Sequence record: SRR31156797_2267
Direction: 5' to 3' (one strand)
DNA: 58,330 nucleotides
A model generated the notes under the pieces. The model did not search any database. It saw nothing but the letters and a program-made list of their open reading frames with translations, and was not told where the DNA came from. The position numbers were made by a program, and so were the translations under genes. Of this stretch, positions 1 through 10,256 are shown piece after piece. The stretch's first letter is position 1, and every line of letters starts with the position of its first letter.

Positions 1-29
1 GCTTGGGGGTTCGAGTCCCTCATCCTCCG
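1..29 (+). tRNA. 3' end of a tRNA, probably tRNA-Ser (truncated by window start)
   Basis: T-arm GGGGG-TTCGAGT-CCCTC (5-21), acceptor 3' strand ATCCTCC (22-28), discriminator G29; CCA not encoded. G73 and a GGAGGAT acceptor fit Ser, but the anticodon is not visible. Confidence 0.8.
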
Positions 30-32
30 CAG

Positions 33-63
33 AAAACTTTCCATGAAAATGGAAAGTTTTTTT
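33..63 (+). terminator. Intrinsic terminator after the tRNA
   Basis: Perfect stem AAAACTTTCCAT-GAAA-ATGGAAAGTTTT running into a T-tract. Confidence 0.75.
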
Positions 64-72
64 ATTGTAAAC

Positions 73-95
73 AAAAAACCCGGTAAAACCGGGTT
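73..95 (-). terminator. Intrinsic terminator of the polysaccharide operon
   Basis: Stem AACCCGGT-AAA-ACCGGGTT (77-95), with an A-run on + giving a U-tract on -, about 20 nt past the stop at 116. Confidence 0.7.
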
Positions 96-115
96 AAAAA
101 AAATACTATAATATT

Positions 116-1192
116 TTACTTCAAGAATTTCTTTATTTCATTGGTGATAAACTCAGCACAGTAACCATCGCCATACAACTCATCGTCTTTGAATACAGGA
201 TCACACTTCTTAATGCTTTCAGCAATCAGCTTTGTGTCAGCTCCAACAATAGTATTATATCCGGCTTCAACAGTCTCCACCCACTCGGATTCATCTCTGA
301 TGGTAATACATGGGCGTTTAACAAAATAAGCTTCTTTTTGCATTCCACCGGAATCTGTGATCAATTTATCGGCATGTTTTTCCAACTGGATCATATCTAG
401 ATAACCTACCGGGTCGATTAATTTTAATTTTGGAATATTTTTGAGATAAGCAGCCATCATAGGGCTTTTTAAAACAGATCTCATTCTTGGATGCACCGGA
501 TATACAATCGTCTTTTCTGATGCCTCTAAACCTTTAAATATTGACTTTATCCTTTCCGGATGATCTGTATTTTCGGGCCTGTGCATAGTAAATAAATGAT
601 ATTCTTTTTTTTGGAGCTGAAGCTTATTTAAAATATCTGATTTTTCATCTGATATTGGTAGAAAATGAAGCATTGCATCATACATAATATCACCGCATTT
701 ATACACCTCATTCGTAATTCCTTCATTTTTCAATAAAACAACTGCATTATCAGTAGGACAAAATAATTGCGAAGATAGCACGTCAGTTCCTATGCGATTT
801 ATTTCCTCCGGCATTCTTCTGTTAAAAGATCTTAGACCGGCTTCTATATGCCCAATCGGTATATGTAATTTTGCAGCAACTAATGCACCGGCAATTGTCG
901 AATTCGTATCACCAAAAACGACAATGTAGTCCGGTTTTTCATTAAGTACTATTTCTTCAAGACGGATCATCATTTCACCGGTTTGTTTTCCATGGTTCCC
1001 TGATCCCACTTCAAGATTATAGTCCGGTTCAGGAATACCCATTTCATCAAAGAATATTTTTGACATATTCTCATCGTAATGTTGTCCGGTATGAACAATC
1101 ACTTCATTGAAATGTTTTCTTATTGCTTTTGAAAATGGTGCCGCTTTAATGAACTGAGGACGTGCACCAATGATGGTAAGGATATTTTTCAT
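116..1192 (-). CDS. wecB: Non-hydrolysing UDP-N-acetylhexosamine 2-epimerase, WbpI-like (UDP-Glc2NAc3NAcA 2-epimerase candidate)
   Basis: IIGARPQFIK, HTGQHYD, GDTNST, HIEAGLRSF, MPEEINR and TDSGG motifs; the N-terminus resembles my recollection of P. aeruginosa WbpI. Confidence 0.88.
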   Translation of the reverse strand: MKNILTIIGARPQFIKAAPFSKAIRKHFNEVIVHTGQHYDENMSKIFFDEMGIPEPDYNLEVGSGNHGKQTGEMMIRLEEIVLNEKPDYIVVFGDTNSTIAGALVAAKLHIPIGHIEAGLRSFNRRMPEEINRIGTDVLSSQLFCPTDNAVVLLKNEGITNEVYKCGDIMYDAMLHFLPISDEKSDILNKLQLQKKEYHLFTMHRPENTDHPERIKSIFKGLEASEKTIVYPVHPRMRSVLKSPMMAAYLKNIPKLKLIDPVGYLDMIQLEKHADKLITDSGGMQKEAYFVKRPCITIRDESEWVETVEAGYNTIVGADTKLIAESIKKCDPVFKDDELYGDGYCAEFITNEIKKFLK

Positions 1193-1198
1193 AATATT

Positions 1199-2638
1199 TT
1201 AAAGATTTATATAAAAGCCTCCGGCAACATTAAAGTTACTTGATAGCATTCCTTTCTTAATCCAGTAACTTGCCTTAAGGTTTAAACCAAGATAATCAAG
1301 GATTTTATAATAATTATCGATTTTAAATCCCCAAAATACCTCCGGATCACTGCCATCAGAGACATATGGAAAGGGTTCATTCCAAACTGTACCCGGTTCT
1401 ATAAGGTCATTCCATTCATGGCCTTGATAATGATCGGTATTATATGGACTGTATAATACATCATCTCCGGCAACTCGATAGCAAAACTGTAATTCTCCTT
1501 GATACTTCGGGCGGATATAGGTAAGACTGCTTTTAATCTCGTATAAATTGCTCCCCATATAAAATCCAATAGGAAGATCTTTTTGGATAAATCTCTCAAC
1601 TTCGATCCGGGAATTCATTGTGCTGTATACTCTATTGGCAATTCTTGTGTGATTGATATTCCAATGCAATCCCGGAATAATGTTCTTTACTCCCAGAGTA
1701 ATATTTAAACCATATTTTGTAGGTTCGAGATCTGAATAGACCTCCCTTTCTGTCATAATATCATCCAAAATCAATTCACTGTGAAAAAATATTTTTCCAA
1801 AATCATAAAATAAATCCAATGAAATCATTGTATTAGTTGATTCAATATTCTCATTTCTTTGATACAAATAATAGATCAACAAGGGATTAAATAAAGCAGG
1901 ATTAACCGGACGCTGGATTCCAGTATATAGTATTATTTCATTCAGAGCAACATAACCTTTATCAAAAAGATTTAGGGATACACGGTGACCGTTAATATGT
2001 CGGGCATACCAATCTCCCGCATCAGGCATATCATTCAGACGTAAATAGTAAGAAGATACTTCCAATATTTTATTTCTATAAGATGCATACAATTGGTCAT
2101 ATGCATATTGATGTCTTGAGAACAGCATGCTTTCATAAAAATACATTCCAGGTAAAAAGTAATCTCTTCCCAGCTTCACATAAAAGTGTTCTGTTTCATA
2201 TTGAATTTTTGCTATCTCAAAATCTCCCCAGTGCCCAATTTGACTTTCACCTAAATAAGCTTTTCTATCATCTACTATATCTGTTTTGGCGTTCTGCGCT
2301 ATGAAACTCACATAAAAAGTCAACTCTTTTGAACCTCTCCCATAGATCACAGGTACAAGAGTATAATTCAATTTATCATTATAATTCCAGGAATAATCAA
2401 TAGCATTATTCTGAGCAGAAAGAGAAGCTTGGAAATCAAATTTTATGAAATTACATGTATCATTGTAAAGATCTTCAGTAAGCTTATCACCGATATTGGA
2501 GATATAATTCTTTTCAAAATTAAATTTATTTACTAAAAATTCTTTTTCAAGTAAGATATTCCTTTCAATTTGAGCAGATATGCTTAAAGGGAGTAATAGT
2601 AAAACAGTAATAAGGGATATTCTTAAAAATCTTAACAT
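1199..2638 (-). CDS. Secreted/outer-membrane beta-barrel protein, possibly capsule-assembly Wzi family
   Basis: Signal peptide (..LSISA/Q), alternating aromatic strands, KLGRD motif, C-terminal GFYINL; sits at the end of the glycan locus. Confidence 0.55.
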   Translation of the reverse strand: MLRFLRISLITVLLLLPLSISAQIERNILLEKEFLVNKFNFEKNYISNIGDKLTEDLYNDTCNFIKFDFQASLSAQNNAIDYSWNYNDKLNYTLVPVIYGRGSKELTFYVSFIAQNAKTDIVDDRKAYLGESQIGHWGDFEIAKIQYETEHFYVKLGRDYFLPGMYFYESMLFSRHQYAYDQLYASYRNKILEVSSYYLRLNDMPDAGDWYARHINGHRVSLNLFDKGYVALNEIILYTGIQRPVNPALFNPLLIYYLYQRNENIESTNTMISLDLFYDFGKIFFHSELILDDIMTEREVYSDLEPTKYGLNITLGVKNIIPGLHWNINHTRIANRVYSTMNSRIEVERFIQKDLPIGFYMGSNLYEIKSSLTYIRPKYQGELQFCYRVAGDDVLYSPYNTDHYQGHEWNDLIEPGTVWNEPFPYVSDGSDPEVFWGFKIDNYYKILDYLGLNLKASYWIKKGMLSSNFNVAGGFYINL

Positions 2639-2669
2639 TATGAAGTCTTTACTTTATTGTGTAGAACAT

Positions 2670-4628
2670 TTACGCGCTGCGTTTGCCTCTGAAAATTATG
2701 TTAAAAAGAATTATGGTGGCATATTTAATATCAATTAAAAACTTATACTTTGAATATGCTTGGAGATATTTTTTTTCCGATGCAACGATCTCATTCATAG
2801 TTTCAGGCATATCCACATAGAATGGTGGTAAAATACCTGGTTTGAACATTATCCGGTAGTCTTGAAAATCCTTTGGATACAGACTTAAATAATGAGGACT
2901 TAAAGCCCTTACACCAACAAGTTTGATGTCTCCCCGGATAAAATTTATAAACTGAGGCACTTCATCCAACCAAAGCTTTCTGAGAATCCTACCCCAACCG
3001 GTAACTCTGAAATCATTTTTCATTTTACCGCCTTTTGCCAAATTATTTTGCTCAAAAACAAACTCTTGAATGTATTCGGCATAAGGATGCATCGTCCTGA
3101 ATTTATAGATCTTTATCAATTCACCTCTTTTACCAACTCTTTTCAATGATATGAATGGACCGTATGAAGGACTTTCACCTTCACGAGGTAAATTTACTTT
3201 ACCGGCTATAAAATATAAAACGCCATCAATTTCAGTGACATCAACGATCTTATACCCGGAATAAACAATGCGGCCTAAAATCTCAGTTTTCGACATTGTC
3301 CTGTTTTGACCACCTGTTAAAATATAGTTGATCTCTTTTGCAATTGGCAGTTTTGGTAGAACCCGTCTAAATAGAAAGTGAAAAAAATAAAAGGTTTCAG
3401 CAATAAGTCGTGGATAGTTATTTTTCAATCTTTGGTGTACACCCTTAATTGTCTCACCACAACCTACAATATATCCACCCATTTCAATTTTATCATTTAA
3501 AACATTCAAATACTCATTCATTCTTTTAAAATCATTCACTTTATGCCTGTTGATGAATAGACTTTGTGAATTGTCAGCGAGTGTATCTACATTAAAGATA
3601 GTCTGAGTGTCCAGAATGGTTGTCCTGTTTTTATATATGCCCTTTAAATTAATATTTCTTTCAATAAAATCACAAAGATCCGGACAACAGGAAGTCAAGT
3701 GAGTTGTTAATTTCGCTTTAATGGATGTTTCATTATCGGGTAAATTTTCATACTGTTTTAATGGCAGATCATCTGCTCTTGCTTTTCTCAATTCAAGAGG
3801 TGTAACACCGATTATTTTTTCACTTTGCTCTGTATTTCTTCGGATCTTTGTATTGATACCGATATATACAACAAAAAGTATCTCAAAAAAGGTCGATAAT
3901 ACGATCGTCCCGAACACGATCAATCGCGATAAGGAGAACAATTGGAATAAGTAGACAAAAATTGCCAAAACTATCATAGTAAAGGCATTGGCCCTGAGTA
4001 TTGGCACTAAATAATCTCTATATCTTTGTTTCCCGTCGAGTTGATGCTTTTGAGTAATTAAATTTAGAATAAACTCCCATACCAAAAAACCAATCAAGAA
4101 TTTATAGTATGCCGGAATATAGATTCTAATTGTCGCGGGTTTGATCCATACCATTATCATAAATGCGATAAATACCGATAACAAGTCTACCAGCATCAAT
4201 CTCCATTTCTTATTTTTTATGCTGATATACGACGAAAATCTAATTTTATCATGAGTATACTTTTTACGATTAAACAGGAAATATATTAAGCGAAAAGCTA
4301 CCTCTATTGCAAAAACGATAAGAATCTGCCTATACAACAGCCCATAATCTTTATTGTATCTTTCAAGTGAGATAACAAAAAGACTAAGTAATCCCCAAAC
4401 TGTGATAGCATTGATAAATATTGCCATCAATTCATTTAATACGCGAGTATTTTCATACCTGTATTTTCCCGATGAGATCGAAATAACTATCCAAGCAATG
4501 TAGAATACAATATAATATGTATTCAAAGGAATCATTTGTCCTTGAGAATAAATTGGGATATTAACAACGAAGAGGAGAAGTAAAAAATCTCCAATACCAG
4601 TAAATATTGATAATGTTCTTTTCATCAT
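2670..4628 (-). CDS. Initiating phosphoglycosyltransferase (bacterial sugar transferase) with extended N-terminus
   Basis: C-terminal YKFRTM, DFRVT, LRKLWLDEVPQF and KPGI motifs; about 8 N-terminal TM segments. Confidence 0.85.
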   Translation of the reverse strand: MMKRTLSIFTGIGDFLLLLFVVNIPIYSQGQMIPLNTYYIVFYIAWIVISISSGKYRYENTRVLNELMAIFINAITVWGLLSLFVISLERYNKDYGLLYRQILIVFAIEVAFRLIYFLFNRKKYTHDKIRFSSYISIKNKKWRLMLVDLLSVFIAFMIMVWIKPATIRIYIPAYYKFLIGFLVWEFILNLITQKHQLDGKQRYRDYLVPILRANAFTMIVLAIFVYLFQLFSLSRLIVFGTIVLSTFFEILFVVYIGINTKIRRNTEQSEKIIGVTPLELRKARADDLPLKQYENLPDNETSIKAKLTTHLTSCCPDLCDFIERNINLKGIYKNRTTILDTQTIFNVDTLADNSQSLFINRHKVNDFKRMNEYLNVLNDKIEMGGYIVGCGETIKGVHQRLKNNYPRLIAETFYFFHFLFRRVLPKLPIAKEINYILTGGQNRTMSKTEILGRIVYSGYKIVDVTEIDGVLYFIAGKVNLPREGESPSYGPFISLKRVGKRGELIKIYKFRTMHPYAEYIQEFVFEQNNLAKGGKMKNDFRVTGWGRILRKLWLDEVPQFINFIRGDIKLVGVRALSPHYLSLYPKDFQDYRIMFKPGILPPFYVDMPETMNEIVASEKKYLQAYSKYKFLIDIKYATIILFNIIFRGKRSA

Positions 4629-4649
4629 AGGTAGAATTTTACTTTATGA

Positions 4650-5798
4650 TCAGCTATTCTCAATAATTGCATTTAAACATCTGCCAGCCGTTTCTCCATC
4701 CCATAATTCGGGTTCAACGGGTACATATGTTTCATTTATTATCTCATTGTATGCATCTTCTATTGATTTGATATCATTACCTACTATACGATTGACGCCA
4801 CCATGTTTAACTAATGTGATCGGTCTTTCGGTATTCCACCTTAAAGTTAAGCATGGCGTGCCTAGAACAGTACATTCTTCTTGTAAACCGCCACTATCAG
4901 TTAACATAAGTTTTGAGTCAATATTCAGCCTTAACATATCATGATAATTGATCGGATGCAATAAAATAAGATTTTTAGAAGCATTTACCTTTTCCCAAAG
5001 CTGGAACGTCTTTAACATTTTTTCAGTTCTGGGATGAATAGGCCAGATCAGTAAATATTTTTTGCATATTTCATCAATAATAAAATCTAAAATACTATTG
5101 AGGATTTCCTTGTCATCTACATTTGATGGACGATGTAAGGTCATTAAAGCAAATTCTTTACTCGCCAGATCAGGTAATTGTGTATTTTTATCAATGATAT
5201 TTCTATTTATGATCTCTTCGATCTTTATTGCCTGTGCTTTATCTTTTTGCTTATAAAGAGTATCTATCATGATATTACCAACAAATCGAATTTTGTCTTT
5301 ACTTACACCCTCTTTTAATAGATTCTCAACACTGAGGTGATCGGGAGTCAATAATAGATCTGCTAATTTATCCGTAACCAATCTATTGATCTCTTCAGGC
5401 ATTCTTTGATCTCCACTTCTAAGTCCGGCTTCTATATGGCAAACTTTTATATGTTCTTTTTTAGCTGTAACGGAACATGCCAAAGTTGCATTTACATCAC
5501 CCACAACAACAACCCAATCCGGTTTTTCTTTTTTCAATACTTTCTCAAAAGCGATCATGGTTTGACCAACTTGCTCGGCATGTGTCCCTGATCCGATATT
5601 CAGATTTATATCGGCTTGAGGTATATTTAATGCTTTAAAAAATGCCTCATTCATTCTTTCATCATAATGCTGTCCGGTATGTACAAGAATATGGTCTATC
5701 TTATCAATCCGTTTCAAATTATGATCTTTAATGGCCTGTATAAAGGGGGCGATTTTAATAAAATTTGGTCTTGCACCAACAACTGAAATGATTTTCAT
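4650..5798 (-). CDS. wecB: Non-hydrolysing UDP-GlcNAc 2-epimerase
   Basis: VVGARPNFIK, HTGQHYD, GDVNAT, HIEAGLRS, MPEEINR, TDSGGLQEE. Confidence 0.9.
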   Translation of the reverse strand: MKIISVVGARPNFIKIAPFIQAIKDHNLKRIDKIDHILVHTGQHYDERMNEAFFKALNIPQADINLNIGSGTHAEQVGQTMIAFEKVLKKEKPDWVVVVGDVNATLACSVTAKKEHIKVCHIEAGLRSGDQRMPEEINRLVTDKLADLLLTPDHLSVENLLKEGVSKDKIRFVGNIMIDTLYKQKDKAQAIKIEEIINRNIIDKNTQLPDLASKEFALMTLHRPSNVDDKEILNSILDFIIDEICKKYLLIWPIHPRTEKMLKTFQLWEKVNASKNLILLHPINYHDMLRLNIDSKLMLTDSGGLQEECTVLGTPCLTLRWNTERPITLVKHGGVNRIVGNDIKSIEDAYNEIINETYVPVEPELWDGETAGRCLNAIIENS

Positions 5799-5820
5799 AC
5801 TTTTTTATCCAATCATATTA

Positions 5821-6903
5821 TTAATGATTTGCCTTGTTCTCTTTTATACTTTCAGGGTATGTTTCAAAAAAATTAGTCATAAATTTTGCAACATTTATGT
5901 TCTCCGAAAGCATTACTCCCAAACGATCTTTCCATTCGCTTTCTATATTATTCTTATTAAGTAATTCGTCAATCTTACTTAACATTTCCTCAGATTGCCC
6001 GGTTTTAAATCCATATCCTATTTCATATTTGTTTTCCAATTCATCAAGATATGATATTTTTCCTACAAAATCATTATAACGAATAAAAGGTGTACCAAGT
6101 ACACCCGCCTCGGCAGCCATGGTTTGACTATCGCCGATATAAATCTTTGCATAGGCGAGAATATGATGAATATCTAATGGATTTACAGCTAACCTATATG
6201 GTTCAAATTCAGGATCAAGTTCCTTTTCAGACGTAATATATACTTTTCCCGATTTCAGGAGTTTGTTTAAAATTGTTCTTTGCAGTTCAATGCTAAAGCC
6301 ATCTTTTCCTGTATCGTGGCTCGCACTTAGCTGGACAAAACGTAAGATATAATAAGAATCCGGTTTTAGTCCATACTGTTCTACAATTTCTGGATTTGGT
6401 TTAAAATGGTCCGGGTGAAGGTAAGCCAGCTCATGATAGCCTGAGTATGAAACTCTCTTATCTTCCCATAATCCGACATCACAACATTTAGGTAATAATA
6501 GTGTGGACGCCAAAGGGTAAAAATATTTATTTTCAGGTGTTGCTATAGTATCATCTTCATTGACAATTACCGAAGGTATCCTTAATAGTTTTCCCACATG
6601 TACAATAGCCCACTCAGTACCGATCAAGATATCCGGTTTATATTTTCTGCAAAAACCAAATAAAAATATATCTCTTTTTAATAAACCAAATATTGATTTA
6701 AGTAATATTTGGATCTTTCCATTTGCATTTTTTTTCTTCTTTTGTGCATTATGATATTTCCAGCCTTCATTTTCCAATAATTCGGCTAGAATATCTTTTG
6801 ACTTTATCACAATTTCTACATCATTGGTATTCTTTAAATAATTAATTGTATTTTTAAACAAGTGAAAATGGGCCGGATGTGATAAAAAGAATAAATATTT
6901 CAT
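5821..6903 (-). CDS. DUF354-family GT-B-like protein (putative glycosyltransferase)
   Basis: HPAHFHLFK, GYHELAYLHP, IGDSQTMAAEAGVLGTP. Confidence 0.8.
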   Translation of the reverse strand: MKYLFFLSHPAHFHLFKNTINYLKNTNDVEIVIKSKDILAELLENEGWKYHNAQKKKKNANGKIQILLKSIFGLLKRDIFLFGFCRKYKPDILIGTEWAIVHVGKLLRIPSVIVNEDDTIATPENKYFYPLASTLLLPKCCDVGLWEDKRVSYSGYHELAYLHPDHFKPNPEIVEQYGLKPDSYYILRFVQLSASHDTGKDGFSIELQRTILNKLLKSGKVYITSEKELDPEFEPYRLAVNPLDIHHILAYAKIYIGDSQTMAAEAGVLGTPFIRYNDFVGKISYLDELENKYEIGYGFKTGQSEEMLSKIDELLNKNNIESEWKDRLGVMLSENINVAKFMTNFFETYPESIKENKANH

Positions 6904-7664
6904 TACTTAAAAAATTCCATTATCTCAGTTCTATCTGGATAGTTAATTAATACTGCTCTGCGTGCACCCTGATATACAAACAAACTACCTGCTGCAAGAG
7001 CCGTTGCGTGACCCTTGGAATGTGCAAGTTTAAGGTCTTCAATACAGCCTGCGCCTCCTGATGCGATCACAGGTATTTCAACGCTATCTGAGACTTCACG
7101 AATAAGATCAATATCATAACCTTGCATTGTTCCATCCATGTCGATCGAATTGATCATGATCTCTCCAGCACCCATTTTTTCAGCTAATCGTGCAAAAACT
7201 ACGGGATCATACTTCGTGGAATCTTTTCCGGCATTAATAAATACTTTATATTTGTTAAAAAGAGTTTTTTTAACGTCAATTGAAACTACTATTGTTGAGC
7301 TTCCAAATATGTTTGCCGATTTTCGGATTAGTTCAGGATCTTTAACAGCTTCCGTATTTATAATTACTTTTTCGGCACCGGCTTTTAATATTGATCTCAT
7401 TTGTTCGGTAGAACATATTCCCCCACCTACCGCAAAAGGCATAAATGCTTCTTCACCAATTTTTTTTACTAATGCATTTGAAATGTTACGTTTCTCTCTC
7501 GAAGCATGAATATCAAGAAAGATCAACTCGTCAGCTTCTCTTGCATTGAAAATTCTCACCGCATTCATCGGATCACCGATATAATTATAATTTTTAAATT
7601 TTACGGATTTTACTAAGCCGTTATCTTTGATAAGTAAACAGGGAATGATCCTTGGTCTGAACAA
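6903..7664 (-). CDS. HisF-like cyclase paralog (WbuZ/HisF2 type, ammonia channel for sugar amidination)
   Basis: RIIPCLLI, GDPMNAVRIFN, ADELIFLDI, SIDMDGTMQGYD, ASGGAG; TTG start; adjacent to hisH-like and amidotransferase genes. Confidence 0.85.
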   Translation of the reverse strand: MFRPRIIPCLLIKDNGLVKSVKFKNYNYIGDPMNAVRIFNAREADELIFLDIHASREKRNISNALVKKIGEEAFMPFAVGGGICSTEQMRSILKAGAEKVIINTEAVKDPELIRKSANIFGSSTIVVSIDVKKTLFNKYKVFINAGKDSTKYDPVVFARLAEKMGAGEIMINSIDMDGTMQGYDIDLIREVSDSVEIPVIASGGAGCIEDLKLAHSKGHATALAAGSLFVYQGARRAVLINYPDRTEIMEFFK

Positions 7665-7665
7665 G

Positions 7666-8280
7666 TTACACCTTTAAAGCGAAGTTTTGGAGTATTTTCA
7701 AGCCTTTTTTATGACTTTTTTCCGGGTGAAATTGTGTTCCCATAATATTGGAATGCTCTACAGCAGATGTGAAATTATTTTCGTAATCAGTTGCTGCTAA
7801 AATATCTTCTTCATTATTACAATTCATATAATAACTGTGAACAAAATAAAAACTGTCATTATTATTCAGTTCATTAAAAAGTTTTGATGATTTCTTTATA
7901 TCAATCGTATTCCATCCCATATGGGGTATTCTGAATTTGCCTTTATCATTTATTGAAAATCTTACTACTTCAGAATCGATCCAACCTAAGCCCTTAATAT
8001 TCCCCTCTTCACTGCTTTGTGCGAAAAGTTGCATGCCAAGGCAAATACCCAGCACGGGAGTTTTTTCTTCCAATACTTTATGATTTAAAATATCGATCAG
8101 ATCATATTCTTTTAGTTTGGCCATCCCATTCTCAAAATGCCCTACTCCCGGTAGGATCAATTTATCCGATGTTTCGATCTCTTTGCTATCATTTGAGATA
8201 ACTGAATCTATATTTAGTCTTTTTAGGGCTTTATAAACAGAATATAAATTACCCATACCATAATCAATAATCGTGATCAT
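7666..8280 (-). CDS. HisH-like glutamine amidotransferase (WbuY/HisH2 type)
   Basis: IDYGMGN, LPGVG, GICLGMQ catalytic Cys, FVHSY, QFHPEKS. Confidence 0.9.
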   Translation of the reverse strand: MITIIDYGMGNLYSVYKALKRLNIDSVISNDSKEIETSDKLILPGVGHFENGMAKLKEYDLIDILNHKVLEEKTPVLGICLGMQLFAQSSEEGNIKGLGWIDSEVVRFSINDKGKFRIPHMGWNTIDIKKSSKLFNELNNNDSFYFVHSYYMNCNNEEDILAATDYENNFTSAVEHSNIMGTQFHPEKSHKKGLKILQNFALKV

Positions 8281-8286
8281 CTTAAA

Positions 8287-9417
8287 CTACTTTGCATATT
8301 TTTCATATAATATTTTGGGAACGAGTTTCATTCTTGCTGCAATTTTAATTGGAAGCTTCATCAGTTTGATCAATTTATAATATGTTTTGTAATCTTCATG
8401 TGTTTTGATCGGAGCTTTCATTATATCGTCAAATTCTTTTTTTGAGAATTCAAATTTATTCATTACATATTCTACAAGTTCATTTTTGTATGGATATGAT
8501 TCCTTAAGCTCTTCAAGAGCCTCCTCTCTGCTGATATGAGCACTTCTAACCATAGCTGATAATTCAACTTTTCGTTTATCGATATTGAATTTTACCGGCA
8601 AATAATATGATTGAAAAAAATGCGTAAAATAAGATTCGTGGTGATGACCGCCGTAATACTGCCATTTCACTTCTTTTTCCAGGATGGGATCCACCTCTTT
8701 TTTAACATAATTCACGTATTCAAGAATTCGAACTTCTCGTATTTGTTTAAATACTGAGAAAAACACAAATTGCATCAATGACATGATTGGAAAACTCTTA
8801 GACCTACGTTTTCCAAATTTCTTTTGGACACTTCTCAAATATCTGCCATCCATATATGTCCATGATTTTGGAACAGAGCCTTCAGTTCTGAATGAATGTC
8901 CATTTAGTATGTATTTTATTCCTTCTTTATTTGCCGTGTGAAACAAAGTAGAATATATCGCATAATCTTGAGGTGCATCCGCATCCGATACAGATGCCTT
9001 TAGAAATGATCTTTGCAGGTCCTTGAATTCTTCCCAATTTGCAACAATAGTATGCAGATCGACTTTTAGAATGTCACAGGCATTTTTAATATTCTGAACA
9101 GCTATATCGGAATTCCATCCGCCATCAAAATGTACAACTAAAGGTCTTAAACCCAATTTTACTGCTGTAAGCAATGTGTAAATGCTGTCTCGACCACCAC
9201 TGACACCGACAATACAATCATATTTCTTATTTTTACCCTTTTTCTTGATCTTTTCTACTATACCATTAAGCAGCTCATCATCTAAAGGATGTGTTCTCTC
9301 GAATTCATCATGCAACTTACAAAAACCGCAAATGCCATTTTCATCAAATTCAATATCTTGCATTGAGGTATCTGAAACACAACGAGTACATACTTTATCG
9401 ATCATATTTTTATTCAT
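8287..9417 (-). CDS. N-acetyl sugar amidotransferase (WbpG/WbuX/PseA family)
   Basis: CTRC..CGFC zinc motif, PP-loop SGGRDS, GWNS, YGGHHHES, DKRK. Confidence 0.88.
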   Translation of the reverse strand: MNKNMIDKVCTRCVSDTSMQDIEFDENGICGFCKLHDEFERTHPLDDELLNGIVEKIKKKGKNKKYDCIVGVSGGRDSIYTLLTAVKLGLRPLVVHFDGGWNSDIAVQNIKNACDILKVDLHTIVANWEEFKDLQRSFLKASVSDADAPQDYAIYSTLFHTANKEGIKYILNGHSFRTEGSVPKSWTYMDGRYLRSVQKKFGKRRSKSFPIMSLMQFVFFSVFKQIREVRILEYVNYVKKEVDPILEKEVKWQYYGGHHHESYFTHFFQSYYLPVKFNIDKRKVELSAMVRSAHISREEALEELKESYPYKNELVEYVMNKFEFSKKEFDDIMKAPIKTHEDYKTYYKLIKLMKLPIKIAARMKLVPKILYEKYAK

Positions 9418-9422
9418 AAAAA

Positions 9423-10256
9423 TTATTCCAATCCCCTATCAATATTAATTTTTGGTATCCAATTCAATTCTTTTTTAATAAGCGATATATCGGCTATCGT
9501 ATCCAATACTTCATTTTTCCTATGTATTCCCGAATAAGTTACAGGAATTTTCTTACCTGTTTTTTTAATTATTTTGTTCACTATCTCCTCGACCGAATAG
9601 CTGAAACCGGAGCCCAAGTTCATAATACTAACACCTTTATGTTCATATTCGACTGCCAAACAAAAAGCGTTGACTACATCATCTAGGTGTATAAAATCCC
9701 TTTTGGGCCTGGGATCACGCAATGTGATCTCTTTATTTTCACGTATTTGCTTATAGATCAAAGGAATAATAAAATTGGGATTTTGACCCGGTCCATAGAT
9801 ATTAAATGGGCGAAAAATCGTAACGGGCGTATTGAAATCCTTATTATAGCCAAGACAAAGAGCTTCACCGATAAGTTTTGAATTGCAATAAGGATTAAAT
9901 GCGTCAGTTGGATGTTTCTCATCAATGGGAAGATACTTCGGATTACCATAAACATAAGAACTGGTAAAAATAAATCTGGCATTATTTATCCTACTTAATT
10001 CCAACATGTTCATAGTACCCGTGATATTTACATGATACATCTCGCGAGGATTCTTATATGAATCCGGTACAAAACTCTTTGAAGCAAGATGAATGATTAT
10101 ATCAATATCTCTAAAATGCTTTATGTTATCCCAATTCGCGATATCAGAACCATCTTGAATATCAATACCTAAAACATCATGACCATTATGCTTTAAAGCC
10201 GGAATTAACTTACTTCCAATAAATCCGCTGCTTCCAGTAACTAGTATTTTCATCAT
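9423..10256 (-). CDS. NAD-dependent nucleotide-sugar epimerase/4-reductase (extended SDR)
   Basis: GSSGFIG, TSSYVYG, YCNSK (YxxxK), FNIYGPGQ, RDFIH. Confidence 0.85.
   Translation of the reverse strand: MMKILVTGSSGFIGSKLIPALKHNGHDVLGIDIQDGSDIANWDNIKHFRDIDIIIHLASKSFVPDSYKNPREMYHVNITGTMNMLELSRINNARFIFTSSYVYGNPKYLPIDEKHPTDAFNPYCNSKLIGEALCLGYNKDFNTPVTIFRPFNIYGPGQNPNFIIPLIYKQIRENKEITLRDPRPKRDFIHLDDVVNAFCLAVEYEHKGVSIMNLGSGFSYSVEEIVNKIIKKTGKKIPVTYSGIHRKNEVLDTIADISLIKKELNWIPKINIDRGLE

Noticed and set aside
6903-8280. hisF/hisH as histidine biosynthesis genes
   Set aside because: They are coupled to a WbpG-type amidotransferase inside a glycan locus and no other his genes are present.
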